From Methanotrichaceae archaeon (GTDB lineage: Archaea > Halobacteriota > Methanosarcinia > Methanotrichales > Methanotrichaceae): a stretch of 64,000 nucleotides of DNA. Under the pieces are notes generated by a model that did no database searches, had not been told where the DNA came from, and worked only from the letters and a program-made list of their open reading frames with translations. The position numbers were made by a program, and so were the translations under genes. Below, one piece after another: positions 50,802 through 59,600 of this stretch. Location of the stretch: NCBI GenBank assembly GCA_963748825.1, contig CAVVKN010000023.1:250248-314247 (forward strand), written 5' to 3'. Each line of letters begins with the position of its first letter. Position 1 is the first letter of the stretch.

Positions 50802-50963
50802 CTACAGGTTTGAAAGGTGCTCTATGAATTCGTCCGCATTTTTAAAGCGCTTTCCAAGACCTGCCCGAAGCTCTGCATCTCCTTTTAGGGTATTGGCTAC
50901 GATGCGTTCATCATCCTCGATAGACCTGCATTTCGTTTCTGGCTTCTTGATAGTCTTTGCCAT
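50802..50963 (-). CDS. Small antitoxin (cassette C'), 53 aa, below the ORF-track cutoff
   Basis: MAKTIKKPETKCRSIEDDERIVANTLKGDAELRAGLGKRFKNADEFIEHLSNL*, directly upstream of RelE. Confidence 0.8.
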   Translation of the reverse strand: MAKTIKKPETKCRSIEDDERIVANTLKGDAELRAGLGKRFKNADEFIEHLSNL

Positions 50964-51023
50964 CATTTAGGATCGCCAATATGTACATGGACTCTCTGCT
51001 TTAAAGACTTTCGCCGATGGCTT

Positions 51024-51253
51024 CTACCTGTTCGCTTCCTCCACAATCCCGATCTCCTCTTCCGTTAGCCCGTAAAGCTCGTACACCAGCCTGTCGATCT
51101 GCCGGTCCGTGGCCTCGATCCGGCGGGCGAGCAGCGTCCTTGTCGTGATCGGTGCCGGCAGAGGCGAGCTTGTGAAGATCGAGCATGGACTGCCACCAGC
51201 TCTACCATGCGGTCGTGGCGGGCGACATCGGCGGGGTCGGAGAAGTCGATGGT
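51024..51253 (-). repeat. RM-tail repeat R6 (full length, frameshifted, hybrid type)
   Basis: Homologous to 56631-56858. Confidence 0.92.
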
Positions 51254-51279
51254 TAGGATCGCAAAAATTTCGATTCGTT

Positions 51280-51549
51280 TCACATATCATAAGCATGATC
51301 ATGATGGTCGAAGTTTTGAAACTCGATCTTATTATCGTCAGAAAAGACTTGATAGATTATAACCCAATGCTTGGCTACATGCGCGCTCTGTTTCCCCGCT
51401 AGGTTTCCGCTTAAATTTTCGCCTATTTCTGGGTTTGCAGCAATATCCTCTACCCTTTTGAGAACTCTTTCTCTTAAAGGCGTATTCTTTTTCGTTAAGC
51501 GTTTGAAATTTCTTTGAAATTGTGGAGCAAAATCAAGATGAAATATCAT
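51280..51549 (-). CDS. RelE/ParE-family toxin (cassette B')
   Basis: FQRNFKRL...NPEIGENL-x-GNLAG-x-x-SAHV...IIY...DHHD-x-AY. Confidence 0.88.
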   Translation of the reverse strand: MIFHLDFAPQFQRNFKRLTKKNTPLRERVLKRVEDIAANPEIGENLSGNLAGKQSAHVAKHWVIIYQVFSDDNKIEFQNFDHHDHAYDM

Positions 51550-51710
51550 AGATCACGTAAATATGCGATTGCGTCCTCCACTTTATCAAATCGCTTTGCC
51601 AACCCCATTTTGCATTCCCTGGCGCCTTTTAGAGCCCCGGCAACAATGCGCTCATCTTCTTCAAGAGCCACCGTCTTCTTTGCTGGCACCTTGGATATTT
51701 TCGCTTTCAT
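51546..51710 (-). CDS. Small antitoxin (cassette B')
   Basis: 54 aa ending KRFDKVEDAIAYL; ATGA overlap with the toxin. Confidence 0.8.
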   Translation of the reverse strand: MKAKISKVPAKKTVALEEDERIVAGALKGARECKMGLAKRFDKVEDAIAYLRDL

Positions 51711-51767
51711 CTCTAATCGCCAGACTGAACATGGCCTCAATCCTTTAAAGACTTTCGCCGATGGCTT

Positions 51768-51972
51768 CTACCTGTTCGCTTCCTCCACAATCCTGATCTC
51801 CTCTTCCGTTAGCCCGTAGAGCTCGTACACCAGCCTGTCGATCTGCCGGTCGGTGGCCTCGATGCGGCGGGCGAGCAGCGCCCTTGTCGTGATCGGTGCC
51901 GGCAGAGGCGAGTCTGTGTTGATCGAGCGGGACCGCCACCAGCTCCACCATGCGGTCGTGGCGGGCGGCATC
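51768..51972 (-). repeat. RM-tail repeat R5
   Basis: Encodes LLARRIEATDRQIDRLVYELYGLTEEEIRIVEEANR*. Confidence 0.92.
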
Positions 51973-52019
51973 TTGTCGGCTGCAGATTCAATAATTGATC
52001 TGAAGCCTCATCAGTTTTA

Positions 52020-52500
52020 TCAAATACCTATCGTTTCCCGAGCTTCTCTGAGCGAGACAATTTTAAGCCGAAAGCCATCTGGAACCTGATAGTGCCGAAG
52101 AATTTTGTCGGTCGTAATAAGAAAGTCCATGCCATAAGCTAACGAGTATCCAAGATGGGTTCGATCTGTAGGCTGCATTCGACCTTGGCATTCTTCAACG
52201 AGATTCCAGCAAATTTCAGCCGCTTCATCGCTCGGCAGAAGAAAACGGATCTCCAGTTTTCTCCACAGCTCGATCAAAGCCGAGATCTGCTCCAGCTTCT
52301 GCGGATCTTTGCTTTCCTTCTCGGCGGTTATGGTTTTGAAGACTGTTTCAGCCAGAACGGAGAACGGAACACCGTAGTTCAAGATCAGGATGATTATCGA
52401 TGTGCTCCAGAAGGCTGGAGGCCAGACGCACATTTCTATCTCTTTTATCCTGGCCGACAGAAAAGAAGAAAATATCAGAATCAACTGCTACATGTTTCAT
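52020..52500 (-). pseudogene. PIN toxin with a 1-nt frameshift (cassette A')
   Basis: MKHVAVDSDIF in one frame and VPFSVLAE...DRTHL...LITTD in another; 481 nt. Confidence 0.8.
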
Positions 52501-52655
52501 TTCTTATGGAAAGCGTTCTTGATTCGTTCCCTGGTTGCAAGAGCTTCCTCTTTGGTTACTGCCCAAACTATATTGCCGTTGATATCCACGGCGCCGCCAT
52601 AGGGAAGCTGGTTTTTCTCCGAATCGTATCTTTGGCCGACTACTTCTTCAGTCAT
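52497..52655 (-). CDS. Small putative antitoxin (cassette A')
   Basis: 52 aa, GAGG Shine-Dalgarno-like sequence, ATGA overlap with the PIN gene. Confidence 0.7.
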   Translation of the reverse strand: MTEEVVGQRYDSEKNQLPYGGAVDINGNIVWAVTKEEALATRERIKNAFHKK

Positions 52656-52713
52656 TCTTTTCCTCAATTCGTGTTTTGCTTTTTGAAAAGAAATAGTTTT
52701 TCGTCGGATTCTT

Positions 52714-52862
52714 TTACCTGCTCGCTTCCTCCACAATCCCGATCTCCTCTTCCGTTAGCCCGTAAAGCTCGGTACACCAGCCTGTCGATCTGCCAGGTCG
52801 GTGGCCTCGATCTGGCGGGCGAGCAGCGTCTTGTCGTGATCGGTGCCGAGATGGAGCTTGTG
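52714..52862 (-). repeat. RM-tail repeat R4 (partial, at the duplication junction)
   Basis: Homologous to 56631-56780 with several single-base indels. Confidence 0.9.
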
Positions 52863-53365
52863 GCAGCAGGAAAAGCCGACACGATGTTCTGTAAATATAT
52901 TCCAAATAATATAAATAGTAATCCGAAAATTATGCTTGCTCTTTGCAGCCGGAGAAATGGATAAGCCAACAGCAGCGAGAGGCCGATGAGGTGCAGCACT
53001 CCGAATACGATGAAGCCTTTGCCGATGAAGAGATAGGTGACGAGGGTTACACCCAGGGCCAGGCCCAATATCCAGGCGCTCCTCTTTAAAAGCCGCAGGC
53101 GAAACCGGTCTTCTTGCCCCAGCAGCCGGGCCCGGGAGTGGCTCAGAGTGAGAGAGAGGCCGACAAGGAGGAGGAAGAGCGAGGCGGCGGCGCGGGCCAC
53201 CGCCAGCCAGAAGCCGGAGGAGACATCGATATCGTAGACTGCAAAATAGTTGAGATCGAAGACCAGATGGTAGAGGACCATGAGGACGAATGGCCACGCC
53301 TCGCAGCAAGTCCACCTCCCAGAAACGGACCGTCGGGCTCTCGACCATTTCACCATCATTTTTCA
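52863..53365 (-). pseudogene. Truncated, frameshifted copy of the DUF1624 gene
   Basis: 5' two-thirds of 48673-49446 fused to repeat R4. Confidence 0.85.
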
Positions 53366-53520
53366 TTCTCTTGTCCATTCGTCTCTCAAGGCTGCGCTCT
53401 CTTTTTTGGCATCCGCCAACAGGTCTTTGCACATTCCTCTGTACTTTAATTGATCCCAATTAGTATGGCAATATTAATATGCAATGAACCCACTAATGGG
53501 ATTAGGGGAAATAGTGTTCC

Positions 53521-53781
53521 ATGCCGTTTACTAAAGTTGATGAAAAAGGCAGAATGGTTCTGCCCAATGAGATAAGGCGCAGGATGAGCATTACTGCGGG
53601 GGACGAATTTGTAATAGATGAAGTGGGCCCGGACACGATTCTTCTCAGAAAAGTGGATGTAAAGGCCATGATCCAGGACGCAATTGAGCGCGCCAAGTCC
53701 GTGGACCTCGATAAGCTGCAGAAGGATATGGAAGAAGAGGGAAACAGAGTTGCCAGAAAGATGTACAAGGTTCTTGATTGA
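53521..53781 (+). CDS. AbrB/MazE-type antitoxin (cassette D)
   Basis: Identical protein to 49602-49862. Confidence 0.92.
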   Translation: MPFTKVDEKGRMVLPNEIRRRMSITAGDEFVIDEVGPDTILLRKVDVKAMIQDAIERAKSVDLDKLQKDMEEEGNRVARKMYKVLD

Positions 53782-54163
53782 CTCTAATCTTTTTATTGCA
53801 GCCGTTAAAAACGGTTGGACAAAAAGTTCGGAGCTTCTTTCTGCTCTCTTGGGCGGCTCTGCAGAGCTGGTAGCCAACAAGGCTCTTCTTGCAAAGTATG
53901 AGAAGTATGCTCAGCAGCTCGAAGCAGAATATATATTCCTTTATCTGAAGAGCAGAATTATTTTAATTAGTGTATCTGATGAGGAGATACAGAGGTGCAA
54001 GCTATTCTTTCCCGAAAGCCAGTTTTCAGATGCGGTTCATGCAGCGACCTGCCTTCAGAGTGGAGCGCTCTTAATCACAAATGACAAGCATTTCGATAAG
54101 ATCAAAGGTGATGGGCTTATTCGAGTCTGGACAATCTCCGAGGCCATCAGGAATCTGCTTTGA
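53750..54163 (+). CDS. VapC PIN toxin (cassette D), E-to-K change at a conserved acidic position
   Basis: As 49831-50244 but LLAKY instead of LLAEY. Confidence 0.88.
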   Translation: MPERCTRFLIDSNLFIAAVKNGWTKSSELLSALLGGSAELVANKALLAKYEKYAQQLEAEYIFLYLKSRIILISVSDEEIQRCKLFFPESQFSDAVHAATCLQSGALLITNDKHFDKIKGDGLIRVWTISEAIRNLL

Positions 54164-54211
54164 GGTTCTATGGTTTGAGCAGCAATCATGGCATTATTTT
54201 CCCTATTTTGC

Positions 54212-54408
54212 CGCTTCCTCCACAATCCCGATCTCCTCTTCCGTTAGCCCGTAAAGCCGGGCCCAGGTCGATCTGCCGGTCCGTAGCCTCGATGCGGCGG
54301 GCGAGCTGCGCCCTTGTTGTGATCGGTGCCGGCAGAGGCGAGTCTGTGTTGATCGAGCTGGACAGCCATCAGCTCCACCATGCAGTCGTGACGGGCGACG
54401 TCGGCGGG
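54212..54408 (-). repeat. RM-tail repeat R3 (degenerate, VYELY core lost)
   Basis: Homologous to 56631-56858. Confidence 0.9.
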
Positions 54409-54453
54409 ATTGGCAGATCTAGCGATATGAGACAAAAGCAACTGCAGAAAACG

Positions 54454-54714
54454 TCATATGTTGTATGCGTAATCGTGATGATCAAAGTTAACGAACCAGA
54501 CTTCTGCGACAATAATCTTATAAATGATAACCCAATTTCCGACATGGGCGCTTCGATAACCAGCAAGGTTTTGCGTAAGTGTTTCTCCAATCTCAGGATT
54601 TTGCAGGATTTCTCGAATCTTTTTAAGAGTTCTTTCTTTCAAAATGGCATTCTTTTTGGTCAGGCGCTTAAAATTTTTGTCGAAAAGAGGTGACGATTGC
54701 GGCGAATAATTCAT
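54454..54714 (-). CDS. RelE/ParE-family toxin (cassette C)
   Basis: As 50535-50795 with one I/V difference. Confidence 0.88.
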   Translation of the reverse strand: MNYSPQSSPLFDKNFKRLTKKNAILKERTLKKIREILQNPEIGETLTQNLAGYRSAHVGNWVIIYKIIVAEVWFVNFDHHDYAYNI

Positions 54715-54720
54715 GTGAAT

Positions 54721-54882
54721 CTACAGGTTTGAAAGGTGCTCTATGAATTCGTCCGCATTTTTAAAGCGCTTTCCAAGACCTGCCCGAAGCTCTGCATCTC
54801 CTTTTAGGGTATTGGCTACGATGCGTTCATCATCCTCGATAGACCTGCATTTCGTTTCTGGCTTCTTGATAGTCTTTGCCAT
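54721..54882 (-). CDS. Small antitoxin (cassette C)
   Basis: 53 aa, paralogous to the cassette B antitoxin (E-x-DERIVA-x-x-LKG...GL-x-KRF). Confidence 0.8.
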   Translation of the reverse strand: MAKTIKKPETKCRSIEDDERIVANTLKGDAELRAGLGKRFKNADEFIEHLSNL

Positions 54883-54942
54883 CCTTTAGGATCGCCAATA
54901 TGTACATGGACACTCTGCTTTAAAGACTTTCGCCGATGGCTT

Positions 54943-55200
54943 CTACCTGTTCGCTTCCTCCACAATCTCGATCTCCTCTTCCGTTAGCCCGTAAAGCTCG
55001 TAGACCAGCCTGTCGATCTGCCGGTCCGTGGCCTCGATACGGCGGGCGAGCAGCGTCTTGTCGTGATCGGTGCCGGCAGATGCAAGCTTGTGAAGATCGA
55101 GCATGGACTGCACCAGTTCCACCATGCGGTCGTGGCGGGCGACGTCGGCGGGGTCGGAGAAGTCGATGGTTAGGATCGCAAAAATTTCGATTCGTTTCAC
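54943..55200 (-). CDS. Stand-alone copy of the RM C-terminal helical domain (repeat R2, 54943-55170, intact frame)
   Basis: 85 aa ORF: MKRIEIFAIL followed by 75 aa nearly identical to the RM C-terminus; ATGA overlap with the RelE stop. Confidence 0.6.
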   Translation of the reverse strand: MKRIEIFAILTIDFSDPADVARHDRMVELVQSMLDLHKLASAGTDHDKTLLARRIEATDRQIDRLVYELYGLTEEEIEIVEEANR

Positions 55201-55466
55201 ATATCATAAGCATGATCATGATGGTCGAAGTTTTGAAACTCGATCTTATTATCGTCAGAAAAGACTTGATAGATTATAACCCAATGCTTGGCTACATGCG
55301 CGCTCTGTTTCCCCGCTAGGTTTCCGCTTAAATTTTCGCCTATTTCTGGGTTTGCAGCAATATCCTCTACCCTTTTGAGAACTCTTTCTCTTAAAGGCGT
55401 ATTCTTTTTCGTTAAGCGTTTGAAATTTCTTTGAAATTGTGGAGCAAAATCAAGATGAAATATCAT
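55197..55466 (-). CDS. RelE/ParE-family toxin (cassette B)
   Basis: Identical protein to 51280-51549. Confidence 0.88.
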   Translation of the reverse strand: MIFHLDFAPQFQRNFKRLTKKNTPLRERVLKRVEDIAANPEIGENLSGNLAGKQSAHVAKHWVIIYQVFSDDNKIEFQNFDHHDHAYDM

Positions 55467-55627
55467 AGATCACGTAAATATGCGATTGCGTCCTCCACTT
55501 TATCAAATCGCTTTGCCAACCCCATTTTGCATTCCCTGGCGCCTTTTAGAGCCCCGGCAACAATGCGCTCATCTTCTTCAAGAGCCACCGTCTTCTTTGC
55601 TGGCACCTTGGATATTTTCGCTTTCAT
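55463..55627 (-). CDS. Small antitoxin (cassette B)
   Basis: Identical to 51546-51710. Confidence 0.8.
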   Translation of the reverse strand: MKAKISKVPAKKTVALEEDERIVAGALKGARECKMGLAKRFDKVEDAIAYLRDL

Positions 55628-55684
55628 CTCTAATCGCCAGACTGAACATGGCCTCAATCCTTTAAAGACTTTCGCCGATGGCTT

Positions 55685-55889
55685 CTACCTGTTCGCTTCC
55701 TCCACAATCCTGATCTCCTCTTCCGTTAGCCCGTAGAGCTCGTACACCAGCCTGTCGATCTGCCGGTCGGTGGCCTCGATGCGGCGGGCGAGCAGCGCCC
55801 TTGTCGTGATCGGTGCCGGCAGAGGCGAGTCTGTGTTGATCGAGCGGGACCGCCACCAGCTCCACCATACGGTCGTGGCGGGCGGCATC
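55685..55889 (-). repeat. RM-tail repeat R1
   Basis: Homologous to 56631-56858; 5' part degenerate. Confidence 0.92.
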
Positions 55890-55936
55890 TTGTCGGCTGC
55901 AGATTCAATAATTGATCTGAAGCCTCATCAGTTTTA

Positions 55937-56417
55937 TCAAATACCTATCGTTTCCCGAGCTTCTCTGAGCGAGACAATTTTAAGCCGAAAGCCATCTGGA
56001 ACCTGATAGTGCCGAAGAATTTTGTCGGTCGTAATAAGAAAGTCCATGCCATAAGCTAACGAGTATCCAAGATGGGTTCTATCTGTTGGCTGCATTCGAC
56101 CTTGGCACTCTTCAACGAGATTCCAGCAAATCTCAGCCGCTTCATCGCTCGGCAGAAGAAAATGGATCTCCAGTTTTCTCCACAGCTCGATCAAAGCCGA
56201 GATCTGCTCCAGCTTCTGCGGATCTTTGCTTTCCTTCTCAGTGGTTATGGTTTTGAAGACTGTTTCAGCCAGAACGGAGAACGGAACACCGTAGTTCAAG
56301 ATCAGGATGATTATCGATGTGCTCCAGAAGACTGGAGGCCAGACGCACGTTTCTATCTCTTTTATCCTGGCCGACAGAAAAGAAGAAAATATCAGAATCA
56401 ACTGCTACAAGTTTCAT
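55937..56417 (-). pseudogene. PIN toxin with a 1-nt frameshift (cassette A)
   Basis: MKLVAVDSDIF... then a frame change near 56290; same lesion as in copy A'. Confidence 0.8.
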
Positions 56418-56572
56418 TTCTTATGGAAAGCTTTCTTGATTCGTTCCCTGGTTGCAAGAGCTTCCTCTTTGGTTACTGCCCAAACTATATTGCCGTTGAT
56501 ATCCACGGCGCCGCCATAGGGAAGCTGGTTTTTCTCCGAATCGTATCTTTGGCCGACTACGTCTTCAGTCAT
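56414..56572 (-). CDS. Small putative antitoxin (cassette A)
   Basis: MTEDVVGQRY...KAFHKK*, ATGA overlap with the PIN gene. Confidence 0.7.
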   Translation of the reverse strand: MTEDVVGQRYDSEKNQLPYGGAVDINGNIVWAVTKEEALATRERIKKAFHKK

Positions 56573-56630
56573 TCTTTTCCTCAATTCGTGTTTTGCTTTT
56601 TGAAAAGAAATAGTTTTTCGTCGGATTCTT

Positions 56631-59600
56631 TTACCTGCTCGCTTCCTCCACAATCCCGATCTCCTCTTCCGTTAGCCCGTAAAGCTCGTACACCAGCCTG
56701 TCGATCTGCCGGTCCGTGGCCTCGATCCGGCGGGCGAGCAGCGTCTTGTCGTGATCGGTGCCTGTTGATGCGAGCTTGTGAAGATCGAGCATGGACTGCA
56801 CCAGCTCCACCATGCGGTCGTGGCGGGCGACATCGGCGGGGTCGGAGAAGTCGATGGTACGAATGGGGAGCAGTTCGATATATTGGCGATTCAATGCAAT
56901 ATATCCTCCACGGAAAGGTGTGCTAATCGACACCAAATAAGCACTCAATAAATGGGAATTTAATAGCCCTAGCAGATATAGATAAGATATTTCTACCTTC
57001 TCTAATAAAGTTATACCGTATCCTCCACCACCTCCACCACCGCTACCGACAAAGTAATAAATTCCATCTAAATCCGCGGCAAAACAACTACCCGTTGCAA
57101 TCGAAGGAACCAGCAATTTTACGGCGTTAAATCGAGTATGGTTTTTCTTATACACGTAACCATACCATAATTGTCCCATTTGACCTTTATTCCTCTTGGA
57201 TAGCCGTTCATAATTCTCTTCCAGATAAGCCCATGTAAGAGGGTATAATGACATATACTCATTCGCATTGATAATTACAGATTTATTATTAATATTATTG
57301 TATGGAAATATCAAACGTTTATTGGCATTCGCCAAATTATATCTGCGAATGTTTAGCGATCCTTTTAGAAAAGGCTTTAAGTGACTATTTTCGAGCCAAT
57401 GTTTTTTCCCTGTAGATTTCGATTCACAAAGTACTTTATCTCCATCACATTTTATTTCTTCAAGAATGAACACATCGTCGGCGTCCGTCTGCAAACCGAC
57501 GAATAGATGTGCTACATCGCCTAATTTCTCTCGGCTTTTTGCCAACCGCTCGAATATTTCGGCACTACGGCCAATAGAAAAATTCCATTCTGTATTTGTT
57601 AAATTTTTGGTGGCTACAGTTCCAGAAGTTGCTTTGCCATCAAAACGCCATCTTCTAAGGTCATTTACCTTTACGAGCGCGAAGCATTCTGATCGAGTGC
57701 TGCTTAAAAATAACAAACACGTGTAGGTTGTTGCACCCTCGAATACTTGCTCCCCTCCGAAATGTACAATTTCAGAAATCTGTCCGCTTTCTGCAAGAAG
57801 AAAACGCAAGCTTTCTCCATATTGAGCATTGAAAAACTTGTGCGGCAAGATAAATCCTAGTCTTCCATGCTCGTTCAGCAGATCAAGTCCTCTTTCCACA
57901 AAGACTACGTAAATATCGTAGTTGCCCTTGCTTGCGGAAACATACTTCTGCTTGTAATGCTCCACTTCCAGAGGAGCCCATTCCTTCATAGTCTGAATGC
58001 GAATGTAAGGCGGATTGCCTATCACCGCATCAAACCCGCCCCGCTCGAAGATCTCCGGGAACTCCGTCTTCCACTCGAAGGCGTTGATCCTCTGCACTTC
58101 TTCTGCACTCAGGTTCTTATGGTCATCATAATAATCGTAGCCTATGAGCGAGTTTCCGCACTTGATATTGCTGCCCAGATCCGGCAGCGCCCGCTCTTTA
58201 AAGTAGCGCAGCAGGCTGCTGATGCTCTCCTCTGTCTCTCCCTCCAGGACCTTCAGCAAGAGCGAGAGCTTGGTCACCTCCACCGCCTGCGGGTCGATGT
58301 CCACCCCATAAATGTTGCTCTGCAAGATGCGCTTTCTCTCCGTGGTGGTCAGGCGCCATTCGTTGCCGTTGGCCTTGAAGATGGGGAGGGATGCCTGGGC
58401 GGCGCGGGCGTGGATCTTCCTGGCCCGCCGGTCGGCTCGCTGCTCGGGCGCTGCCGGCAGGAGCCGCAGCACTTCGGGCGAGGCGACCGAGTTGTTTTTC
58501 TCCAGCAGGGGACCCAGGTTGGCCTTGTACCATTCCATGTGCCAGTCCAGCAGGAACTGGTAGGCTCCGATGAGAAACGAGCCCGAGCCGCAGGCGGGAT
58601 CGAGGATACGAAGCTGTGCCGCTTTTGCGGGAGTATTGCCTTCCAAAAGCTTTCCCACGGTGTTCTTGACGATGTACTCCACGATGTAGGGAGGCGTGTA
58701 GTAGACTCCGCCCGCTTTTCGCACCTCAGGCTTGTCCTCCACTATCGCTTTGTGGCCTTCTTCCAGCCGGATGACCTTGCCCAAAAATTGCTCATAAACC
58801 TGGCCTAAAATCTCAGCCGGGATCTCGGAGAAGACATAAGGGCTGTCCGGGAAGTAAAGGTCCTGGATGATCTCTTTTAAAGTTGCATCATCGATAACCA
58901 GGGCAGTCGTCAGGCTGTCGGGCGACTCCTTTCTCTCCCGCTCCTCCTGGAAGTGGAAGATGCCGGAGTTGTAACGCTCGTCTGCCTCTGCAAAGAGCTG
59001 GAGCAGCCGGGCGTAGACCCCTTCCTCCTTGAGCAGTGCCTTGAGCCGTCCGTACTCCTCAATGGCCCGATCCTCACAAATGCGCAAAAATAGGAGCCGG
59101 TCAATTGTCCTCTGCACGGAAAAGTTCAAATCCCGCTGGCTGAGGGCCGGATTTCGCAGGGCAAGGTTCCTGGCCAGGGCCTCGCGCCAGAGCGAGATCT
59201 CCTCCAGAAGGGCTGCGTCCACCCGCTTGATGCCGCGCTTTTCCGGTATCGACTCGATAAACCTTTCCAGTGATCCGCCCAGCACCGCTTCCTTGGAAAA
59301 GAGGGCAGCAATCTCATCCCAGCGCTCTACGTACTGGTCGTACTGCAGGTAGAGAAGGCGGCCTTTTCCGGGTTTGTCCGTCTTGCTGGGCTCTGCCCGG
59401 CAATCGTAGACCGCAAACTCCTCGAAGTCCGTGAGAATTGAGACGGCCAGGCTCGCCGACCAGGCGTATCTGCGCAGTTGGAAACGCAGGATAAACACCA
59501 CCCTCGATGTTGATGGAGGGCTTCTTGGTCTCCACAAAGAACTTGCGGCTTTTTCCTAATCGAAAGCTGTAATCCGGATTCTTGATGCTCTCCTCCATCC

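Larger units (their letters stand above)
48942..56780. repeat. Direct tandem duplication of ~3.92 kb (48942-52862 and 52863-56780)
   Basis: All ORFs recur at an offset of 3917-3919 bp; the junction fuses a partial RM-tail repeat to a truncated DUF1624 gene. Confidence 0.95.

Noticed and set aside
50293-56858. RM-tail repeats as a CRISPR array or classical integron attC sites
   Set aside because: The repeats are 150-230 bp of protein-coding sequence with gene-sized intervals. There are no cas genes, no RYYYAAC/GTTRRRY-bounded hairpins that I could see, and no intI.
54943-56858. Diversity-generating retroelement template/variable repeat pair
   Set aside because: There is no reverse transcriptase in the window and the differences between copies are not adenine-specific.
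57020-57045. Poly-glycine tract (GSGGGGGGGYG) in the RM TRD as a contingency locus
   Set aside because: It uses mixed ggt/gga codons in frame, with no pure homopolymer or simple repeat able to switch phase.
59470-59495. Programmed frameshift or phase variation in the RM gene
   Set aside because: It is one extra T in a 3-base run with no long slippery tract. Similar single-base slips hit thiL (near 19120) and nfeD (near 26760), so sequencing error is the simpler explanation.
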